Positions 1 to 6,769 of a stretch of DNA of 14,936 nt are shown in pieces. Position 1 is the first letter of the stretch. Each line of letters opens with the position of its first letter. Under the pieces are notes generated by a model. It was not told where the DNA came from. It did no database searches and worked only from the letters and a program-made list of their open reading frames with translations. This DNA comes from Candidatus Heimdallarchaeota archaeon (lineage in GTDB: Archaea; Asgardarchaeota; Heimdallarchaeia; Heimdallarchaeales; Heimdallarchaeaceae): positions 1 through 14,936 of the forward strand of contig DAOVET010000059.1 of assembly GCA_030668825.1 (NCBI GenBank). The letters run 5' to 3'. The position numbers were made by a program, and so were the translations under genes.

Positions 1-1
1 T

Positions 2-838
2 GCACAGCAATTTCGAACTATTTGGCAACAAGATCCAAGAAAGGAGAAGAACTATCCTGATATAGAGAGAAAATCTAACTTGGCACAATATCTTGATGAA
101 TTAATGATAATTGAAGAAAAAGAAGTTAAAGCTGCTTTAGAAAGCATAGGACTTAGTCCAGAACAGACCTCCAAGGTATATGATTTTACTTTAATCAAAG
201 GAATTCCTCAAGATGTTATTGTAGCTCTGAAATCTCTTGAAGTAGGTGATAGGGTTAAACTTGCCATAGAGAATATGGAAGAGTTACTAACCTATCTAGA
301 ATCTTTTGATGTTATTGAAAACTGTGAATTTGATATGTCAATAGCTCGGGGTTTGGACTACTACACTGGAGTTATTTTTGAGTTTTTAGACAGAACAGGT
401 TCAGTTGCTAGAGCAATCGCAGGAGGAGGAAGATATGATCAACTTGTTGAAAATTTTGGTGGTGGAAAAATCCCTGCAACAGGAATAGGAATGGGTGAAA
501 CGGTGCTTCATTCTATTTTGAAGAAATTAAACAGGTTTCCCTCCTACAAGCATCCCGCGGAGGTTTACGTTGCAGCTATTTCAGAAGATGTTATGACAGC
601 TGCTGCAAAAATTGCTCAAGATTTACGAAAAGACTTTTCGGTGATCTTCAATCCATTTGGGTGGAAACTTTCAAGACAACTGGAGGATGCTGGAAGCAGA
701 AATGTACCGAATATGATTATTGTAGGAAAGAGAGACATAAATGAAGATAAAGTCACTCTTAGAGATATGAAATCTGGAGAACAAATTACAGTTTTGATTT
801 CAAAATTAAAAGAGGAGTTAGACCTAAAAGTAAACTAA
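2..838 (+). CDS. hisS: Histidine--tRNA ligase, 5'-truncated by the window edge
   Basis: HisRS signatures RGLDYYTG (histidine-binding) and GGGRYD are present, followed by a C-terminal HGTP-type anticodon-binding domain (EVYVAAI...LSRQLEDA...MIIVGKRDINEDKVTLRDMKSGEQ). The frame is open from position 2 (AQQFRTIWQQDPRKEKNYPDIERKSNL), so the TTG at 80 is not the true start. Confidence 0.95.
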   Translation, partial: AQQFRTIWQQDPRKEKNYPDIERKSNLAQYLDELMIIEEKEVKAALESIGLSPEQTSKVYDFTLIKGIPQDVIVALKSLEVGDRVKLAIENMEELLTYLESFDVIENCEFDMSIARGLDYYTGVIFEFLDRTGSVARAIAGGGRYDQLVENFGGGKIPATGIGMGETVLHSILKKLNRFPSYKHPAEVYVAAISEDVMTAAAKIAQDLRKDFSVIFNPFGWKLSRQLEDAGSRNVPNMIIVGKRDINEDKVTLRDMKSGEQITVLISKLKEELDLKVN

Positions 839-890
839 TTTCTCACTTCATAATTTTTAAGCCTTCAAACAAAACAGATTTATTTATTTT

Positions 891-2498
891 ATGGAATTGC
901 TATCAATGACAGTTGGTCTTCATAATTATTTGAAAGGAATAAACCTCGATGAATTCGTTGTCAATGTAAAGGACAGGAGCAAATTTGAAAAAATTCTCAC
1001 CCATCTTGGGTTAGACTCTAACTTTTCATTAGAGAAGTTTGTTGAACATCTGTTATATGAGAGTAAATTATTCCTTAACAAAGAAAAACGCAAAGAAGCC
1101 TTGATTATATTAAAAGCTACTAAACCCTTGCTTAATCTAGTTCCAAAGTATTTGAGTGCTTTCTTTTATCTCACTTTAACTGATTCATTTCTTCTAGCTA
1201 ATGATTATGAAGGAGCAACAAAATCTGTTAATCGTGCAAATTCTATAGCTGAAGAACTGAATGATCCTAGGCTTATAGTAAGAGTTCTAAATCTCATGTT
1301 TGTTATTAATAGAACTGTTTTGAAGGACAAAGCTGTAGAATTTTTGCTTAAATCTAAGGAAATCTCTGAAAAGAATGAATTTTATGAAAACATAGTTTAT
1401 TGTGATGTTAATATTGGTTTGATGCACTTTTTCAAAAAAGAATACAGTAAATCTGCTGAATATTGCTCATATGTAATTGATCTCATTACAACAAAGAAAT
1501 ATCCTAATAATAAGTTGATTATGCCTGCTGATTATTTTCTTCAGATCTTTTCTGAAAGCCCAGAACTTGTTGCTAATCCTAAGAATCAAGATATGATTTT
1601 GAAAGGTGTCACTATTGTACTTAAAACTATAAAACAATTCAAATCAGATTATGAAGCAACCCGAAGACTTTCTATACTTGTAAGTTTTCTAAAACTTTCT
1701 GAAAACTTAGTTGAACGCTCTCTGAAAGAAATCGATTTGTTTATTGAGAATCTTCCCAAGGATAAAAAATCTCTTTATTACTATGGAATTGCAAATGGGA
1801 TAGCTAATTTCAAAGATTATAAGGTGTCACTAGTTTATTTCGAGAAAGCAATAAGTCAAATGAAAAATCTGAAAGATGAGGAACAAAGAAGAATAAAGAA
1901 AAATTATGCATATACTCTTTCTATTATCATGGGAACTTCAATGATTTACGATTTGGAGACTTCACCACAAACATCTCAAAGACTTAAAGGGTTAAGAATT
2001 AAAACAAATGAAGATAATCTCGCTGGGAAAAAAGGCAAGCAAATTAATTTTAGAAATTCAGTAAGTGATTCAGATGCGGTTTTTGGTGTAAAAAGAGATT
2101 TTTTGGAGAAAAAATTGCTCAACAGTATTAAGGATTATTACACACAACGAGAAATAGTTACAGGCTTTTCATATCAGAACAGTAGAGACGACATCTTGAA
2201 CCATTTGGAGATGTTTGCAATAAATGCACTAAACCAGAATGATGAATTATTATCACTTCTCTTAGTTGGTACAACACTTAGCGAAAAAGACTCAAAGAAG
2301 AAGAAGCGTACTTTTACAGGATACCAGATTCTAGGACATAGGGTACCTAAGTCAATATTAGATACAAAACACTTTGAAGAATTTGATATCAGATTCCTTT
2401 ATGATTTAGTCACTGCTCCTCAAAAGTTTAAACAAATTGAGATCATAACTCCACATGAATCTTTAGAAGCAGACTATAAGAGAATTTTAAGCAAATAG
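891..2498 (+). CDS. TPR-like helical repeat protein with an uncharacterised C-terminal alpha/beta region
   Basis: 535-aa ORF with TPR-like units (AFFYLTLTDSFLLANDYEGATKSVNRANSIAEELND; VYCDVNIGLMHFFKKEYSKSAEYC; LYYYGIANGIANFKDYKVSLVYFEKAI). The last ~185 aa are not recognised. A TATA-like TTTTTAAG lies at about 854-861. Confidence 0.7.
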   Translation: MELLSMTVGLHNYLKGINLDEFVVNVKDRSKFEKILTHLGLDSNFSLEKFVEHLLYESKLFLNKEKRKEALIILKATKPLLNLVPKYLSAFFYLTLTDSFLLANDYEGATKSVNRANSIAEELNDPRLIVRVLNLMFVINRTVLKDKAVEFLLKSKEISEKNEFYENIVYCDVNIGLMHFFKKEYSKSAEYCSYVIDLITTKKYPNNKLIMPADYFLQIFSESPELVANPKNQDMILKGVTIVLKTIKQFKSDYEATRRLSILVSFLKLSENLVERSLKEIDLFIENLPKDKKSLYYYGIANGIANFKDYKVSLVYFEKAISQMKNLKDEEQRRIKKNYAYTLSIIMGTSMIYDLETSPQTSQRLKGLRIKTNEDNLAGKKGKQINFRNSVSDSDAVFGVKRDFLEKKLLNSIKDYYTQREIVTGFSYQNSRDDILNHLEMFAINALNQNDELLSLLLVGTTLSEKDSKKKKRTFTGYQILGHRVPKSILDTKHFEEFDIRFLYDLVTAPQKFKQIEIITPHESLEADYKRILSK

Positions 2499-2501
2499 AA
2501 C

Positions 2502-3299
2502 TCAATTGAACATTGTAAGTATCGTTTGTTTGAGTTGATTTATTTTCTCAGTTGAATATTGAAAATTCTTCATTTCATCTATAGCTTTGAACATGTAGTC
2601 CTTAGCTTTTGATTTCTTGTCTAATTCAAAAAATACTCTCCCAATTAAAATAGATAATACGATTATTTGATCTTTGTCTTTTTGCTTCCTGAAGTGATTC
2701 AGAGCATTTTGGAAGACTTTTATAGATTCTTCATATTTAGTTTGGGATACTAATAAGTGACCCAAATCATTTTCTACTTCGGCTTTTTTATCAAATGCTT
2801 TAATCTTCTTATAAATCTCAATCGCCTTTTTGTAAGCATTAACGGCTCTTGCAGGATAAGCAGAATATTCAACTAAATCTGTTTGGTAAGTAAGAGCAAG
2901 TTCTTTCCAGGAATCACCAAGTTTTTCCAAATTGCTCAAATTAGTAAAAGTGTCTGTGGCTTTAGCTAAGTATTGCTTACTTTTTTTGAATTCCCCTTCT
3001 TCTCGGTAAATCACTCCTAGAAGAAGAGCGCATTCGCCTATTTTGGGTAAAAGATTTAATTCTTGGAATCTGCTAATAGCTAATGAATAAAATTGACGAG
3101 CTTGGGAAAACTGGTTTATGTTGTAGTAAGCGGTACCTAATAATAATAATGTCTCGGCGGATTGCCTTTTGTTACCAATTGAGGAAAAAATCTCTTGGGC
3201 ATAAATGAGGTCCTTAATACAGTTTTGAAAGTTTCCCTTTTGAAAATCTTTTTGTCCTCGAACAAAGAAATAAACAGCATTAGTCTCTTGATCTTTCAT
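2502..3299 (-). CDS. Tetratricopeptide repeat protein (about six ~40-aa repeats)
   Basis: Regular A/G-x3-L-G-x2-Y...A-x3-Y-x2-A pattern (AETLLLLGTAYYNINQFSQARQFYSLA; GECALLLGVIYREEGEFKKSKQYLAKA; AEVENDLGHLLVSQTKYEESIKVFQNA). An in-frame stop lies just upstream of the ATG and a GGGGT SD-like sequence precedes it. Confidence 0.85.
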   Translation of the reverse strand: MKDQETNAVYFFVRGQKDFQKGNFQNCIKDLIYAQEIFSSIGNKRQSAETLLLLGTAYYNINQFSQARQFYSLAISRFQELNLLPKIGECALLLGVIYREEGEFKKSKQYLAKATDTFTNLSNLEKLGDSWKELALTYQTDLVEYSAYPARAVNAYKKAIEIYKKIKAFDKKAEVENDLGHLLVSQTKYEESIKVFQNALNHFRKQKDKDQIIVLSILIGRVFFELDKKSKAKDYMFKAIDEMKNFQYSTEKINQLKQTILTMFN

Positions 3300-3385
3300 A
3301 ATGGGTACCCCTAGCCACTACACTAATTCTTCCTAAACAAGTACAACCTTCTTCTAATATATACTTTCTAATAGTTTTATCCGCA

Positions 3386-3416
3386 AATAAAAATAAGGGA
3401 AAAAAAGTGACAAAGA
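3386..3416 (-). terminator. Oligo-T tract downstream of the 585-aa gene (archaeal-type terminator candidate)
   Basis: The minus strand after the TAG reads TCTTTGTCACTTTTTTTCCCTTATTTTTATTT. Confidence 0.45.
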
Positions 3417-5174
3417 CTAACTCACAAAGAATAACGATTTTTCTTCAAAGCTTTTATTTACCTTATCCCAGTCAATTTCTCGAGCAAGTGTTCTCTTCCC
3501 TGAGTCGATTATATTATTGACTCTTCTAGCATGTAAAATTTCGTTTGCTTTCCTAATAAGTGATCTCCTTTGATAGCTTGGTTCAGGTCGTGCAACTGTC
3601 ATAGCAGTTTTTGCTTGTTTTTCAGCTAAGATACCAATTACCACCTTTTCTCCTTTGACGAACTCTACTAATCGAAAAACTTCAGGGTTCAACTTATTCT
3701 CAAAGAAAGCTTCTTCAGGAATTATTGATAGTGTCTTCTCACTATAACTAACCGATATAAACCGTTTGGCAAGTTCTAGGATACCAATCACTGGATCTAA
3801 GAATTCAGTAGGAAACTGAATAGGTGATTCAGAGTAGAAAACTGTTGGCTGGGTTTGTTTCTGTTCGGATTCAATCACACCACTAATAACAAAATCATCC
3901 TCTCTGAAGGAGTCGTAAACTTCTTCACCTATGCCAATACCAGAAACACTGGTTAAAATCATTTCATCTAGAATCAGTCGAGACCAAGCATCAATTGGTA
4001 TTGCTTTCTTAATTGTTGATTTCCTAATTTTAGGCTCCTTTTTCTTTTTGAAAACAGAGAGAAGTTTGCCAAAGAAACCTGTAGGCTTGGGTTGTTCTTC
4101 AATTTCAATTTTTTCTTCTATAATCTCTCTTTCTTCTTTAACTCGCTTGAAAACATCCATCTGAGGTAAATCTTTCTTGAATTTTTCAAACGCACCAATA
4201 TCTTCTAATTTTAGTTGTAGAAGGGCTTCAACTTCCTTGAGATTGATATCATCTAGAGGACTTAGTAATCCTATCCACCCTTCAGCTGTTGCAGTCTTAG
4301 CATGGACAACAAAAAGATTGATTTCTGATGTTATTGATTCTAGCTTATTTGTAAATCTGATATACTTTAGTATGTGAGGATAATCTCCACTCAACAGCTT
4401 TGTAGTATTCTTGAATTTCTTGGCAAATTGTGCAGTCTTAAGTACTGGAATAAGGGATTCAAATTTTTCACCTTTGGTTTCGCCATCTTGCCATCTGAAG
4501 TAATAAAACATTGTTGATTCTTTGAAATAAGGGATTGGAACAGCTGGATTTGGTTCTCCTTCTGTTTCAATCGCAAAATGTTTGGCAATAATCTGAGAGA
4601 TAATTCCTGTTTGTTGTGATTCCATAATATCTCGAAGATTCACCCATTTTTCCAAGGATTTTGAAAAAATAGATTGGCACAAAGCAGTTTCAATCAGGAA
4701 TGCAGCCCACCATGGTGGAATATATTTCATTTTTTCTCTTACAAATACCAAAAGATGTCTGGTATAATAATCTGAAACTAATGCAGCCGCTATATGTTTG
4801 GCAACTCCTCGATCAAGAAGATAGTAGAATCTCTTTCTCAATATAGAAGCAACTTTGAAAGAAAATGCTACAAGATGTGTTAATTCATACCATGAATCTT
4901 CCTTAGGTAATGACAATTTTTTCCAAAAATCAATAATTTCTTGCCTTCTTACAGAATCTTCTAGTTCAAACTTTACTTCAGAAGACATTATAATATAATC
5001 AGCAGTGTAAAGGGCAGAAAGAACGAGATTATTTGAGTTATCAAAATCTGCTTGGAATTCTTCTATGAGATCTTCACTCATTATTTTATAACGTTCAAAT
5101 AGAGGTTGAAGCTGATGAACCCTTTTCGCTTCTTGATATTCTTTCTCCAAAAATTGGTGAACTGCGTCTTTCAT
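3417..5174 (-). CDS. Hypothetical multi-domain protein: helical N-terminus, internal amphipathic/basic helix, putative longin-like C-terminal domain
   Basis: 585-aa uninterrupted ORF with an ATG start and a TATA-like element about 25 nt upstream. No enzyme motifs were recognised; the domain calls come from secondary-structure pattern only. Confidence 0.75.
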   Translation of the reverse strand: MKDAVHQFLEKEYQEAKRVHQLQPLFERYKIMSEDLIEEFQADFDNSNNLVLSALYTADYIIMSSEVKFELEDSVRRQEIIDFWKKLSLPKEDSWYELTHLVAFSFKVASILRKRFYYLLDRGVAKHIAAALVSDYYTRHLLVFVREKMKYIPPWWAAFLIETALCQSIFSKSLEKWVNLRDIMESQQTGIISQIIAKHFAIETEGEPNPAVPIPYFKESTMFYYFRWQDGETKGEKFESLIPVLKTAQFAKKFKNTTKLLSGDYPHILKYIRFTNKLESITSEINLFVVHAKTATAEGWIGLLSPLDDINLKEVEALLQLKLEDIGAFEKFKKDLPQMDVFKRVKEEREIIEEKIEIEEQPKPTGFFGKLLSVFKKKKEPKIRKSTIKKAIPIDAWSRLILDEMILTSVSGIGIGEEVYDSFREDDFVISGVIESEQKQTQPTVFYSESPIQFPTEFLDPVIGILELAKRFISVSYSEKTLSIIPEEAFFENKLNPEVFRLVEFVKGEKVVIGILAEKQAKTAMTVARPEPSYQRRSLIRKANEILHARRVNNIIDSGKRTLAREIDWDKVNKSFEEKSLFFVS

Positions 5175-5214
5175 TACGAATATGTTTACTAAAGATAAAT
5201 TAAATCTATCGCAA

Positions 5215-5230
5215 GGGAAAGTTTATTTTT
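5215..5230 (+). promoter_or_regulatory. BRE + TATA-like promoter for the putative sRNA
   Basis: Purine-rich GGGAAAG is followed by TTTATTTT (5222-5229), 22-29 nt upstream of the predicted RNA 5' end at 5251. This is the canonical archaeal spacing. Confidence 0.5.
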
Positions 5231-5250
5231 GGAAAAAAGAAGTTAATTTT

Positions 5251-5321
5251 GCGTAGATAGTGATGTAGGTTTTACCGTTGGAGCGAAAGCTATGAAAATA
5301 ACGGCACCTCTGAATCTGCGC
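5251..5321 (+). ncRNA. Box C/D-type small RNA (double kink-turn, dual guide architecture)
   Basis: Terminal stem GCGTAGAT(5251-58)/ATCTGCGC(5314-21); box C GTGATGT(5260-66); 12-nt spacer AGGTTTTACCGT; D' TGGA(5279-82); GC-GAAA-GC hairpin; C' ATGAAAA(5292-98); 11-nt spacer TAACGGCACCT; box D CTGA(5310-13). Both K-turns have the 3-nt bulge and tandem GA geometry. The element is a GC-richer island in an AT-rich spacer and is followed by TTTATTT. Confidence 0.75.
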
Positions 5322-5326
5322 TTTAT

Positions 5327-6721
5327 TTATATTTCCAGTCTTACTTGTTTATTTTGTCTATTCCAAAAGACTCTGTTACGATAACTTGGCTTTACCTTTA
5401 TTGGCATTTTTTCTATTTTTTTAGTCCACTCTTTGACTTTCTTTATGCTTTTAGCAAAAGCATCATTAGACACATTGGTCATTATCTTTAGTTCATCTGC
5501 AGTTGGTTTTCCTGAAACTGCCTTAATTATATCATCAGTTTTCTCGATAAATTCTTTCTCCAGCTTGTTTCTACCATCTTCAAAAACACTTAGTCTATGT
5601 TGATAATCTTGACTAACCAATCTTTGGAATTTCTCATTAAGCCACCAAAAACTATCTGGGTCGTAAAGAGCGGCTGATATTTTTAGTTTCTTCTTTAAGC
5701 CAGGTTTTGGAAGGAAAATAGGTTTAAAAGTACTGATACATGGAGCTGATGATCCTGTTACCCAATGAATTTGAATATCTTTTAGAATGTGAGATACGAG
5801 GGATCCTGTTGTTTGATCTGGAATAATTATTCCTGTTGCATGATGACACGGACTATTAGCTTTTGCTTTTGCTGGAGCCCATTTTTCCTCTTTCTCTGGT
5901 GTGACATTGTGATTTCTAAGAACGTCCATAACATCCTTGGGCGTGATTTTTCCTTTGTTTTTTAACATTAGTGTAGTGGTACACTGTTGTCTCTTAAATC
6001 CCTTAGTGAAATAATGTGACCTTTGTGAAGATTCTTTTATTACATGATAAATTCTGAATTTTGGAACAAAATCCTTTGCAAAATTAAATTCATCTTTTGA
6101 TTTACTATATCCTTTTTCGATTGAATGCTTTATGAGATCGTGATGAATTAGATCATAATTGTCTCCAATTGAAAAAGTGTTAGAAATTGTTCTAATATCT
6201 TTAACTTTTTCTGCAATCCAGTATTTGTCCGCTGTTTCTAGAACCCATGCTTCTTTTTGGTCTGCAATTATGAAGGAATTATGATAATCTCTACCTACAA
6301 CACCGTAAGAACACTGTCCGCCTTGTCCATATTCCCCTAGAAATGAAATTATGGTTTCAAGAGCTGTTTTAGCAGTTTTAGCTCTTTCTAAGGCAAGTCT
6401 TATTAAATCCATACCCAGTAATCCAGTATCTCTAATTGGTTCTTTACTCCAGACAGCTTCATTTCCTATAGTTAAACCATGTTCATTTGCTCCCATCTCA
6501 CATCCAAACATCCAGAAAGGTTTCATAAGGAGAACATCATATGTTTGTTCGACTTGGGGAATTGAAATATGAGTACATTTCACTTTAGAATTTTTCGAAT
6601 GCTTTTTTCCAGGAATGTATTCTATATTATGGGCTTCATTTGCAACTCGATTAGAGTTCTTACCTAGTATAACACTCCCATCTTTTGTTGAATTACCAAC
6701 AGCAACAACAGTATCACACAT
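5327..6721 (-). CDS. Secernin-like C69 family peptidase (Ntn-hydrolase)
   Basis: Starts M-CDTVVA, placing the catalytic Cys at the N-terminus, so the ATG at 6721 is preferred over the TTG at 6742. Motifs GKNSNR, GCEMGANEHGLTIGNEAVW, LLGMDLIRLALERA, YGQGG, YHNSFIIAD and QTTGSLVS. A BRE/TATA-like GAAAACTTTTTTATTA lies 25-35 nt upstream. Confidence 0.92.
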   Translation of the reverse strand: MCDTVVAVGNSTKDGSVILGKNSNRVANEAHNIEYIPGKKHSKNSKVKCTHISIPQVEQTYDVLLMKPFWMFGCEMGANEHGLTIGNEAVWSKEPIRDTGLLGMDLIRLALERAKTAKTALETIISFLGEYGQGGQCSYGVVGRDYHNSFIIADQKEAWVLETADKYWIAEKVKDIRTISNTFSIGDNYDLIHHDLIKHSIEKGYSKSKDEFNFAKDFVPKFRIYHVIKESSQRSHYFTKGFKRQQCTTTLMLKNKGKITPKDVMDVLRNHNVTPEKEEKWAPAKAKANSPCHHATGIIIPDQTTGSLVSHILKDIQIHWVTGSSAPCISTFKPIFLPKPGLKKKLKISAALYDPDSFWWLNEKFQRLVSQDYQHRLSVFEDGRNKLEKEFIEKTDDIIKAVSGKPTADELKIMTNVSNDAFAKSIKKVKEWTKKIEKMPIKVKPSYRNRVFWNRQNKQVRLEI

Positions 6722-6769
6722 TATAACGAATATTAAAAACAAGTAATAAAAAAAGTTTTCACCGATTCT

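Noticed and set aside
3303-3310. GGGTACCC palindrome before the TPR gene start
   Set aside because: It is only 8 bp, overlaps the SD-like sequence and is expected by chance.
3931-4588. Short ORFs 3931-4164 (+), 4177-4377 (+) and 4391-4588 (-)
   Set aside because: They lie wholly inside the 585-aa gene (antisense or alternate frame), have Ser/Ile/Leu-rich shadow composition and show no motifs.
5251-5321. Alternative readings of the hairpin as a SECIS element, tRNA, intrinsic terminator or TIGR/CRISPR array
   Set aside because: The K-turn motifs are on the + strand with no upstream + strand UGA-containing gene. There is no cloverleaf or T-loop. The four correctly spaced boxes exceed what a terminator needs. 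It is a single unit with no repeats and no adjacent Cas or Nop-domain gene.
6722-6742. TTG start giving an MFLIFVI extension on the C69 peptidase
   Set aside because: It overlaps the AT-rich promoter spacing, and Ntn-hydrolases need Cys at the N-terminus, which the ATG at 6721 provides directly.
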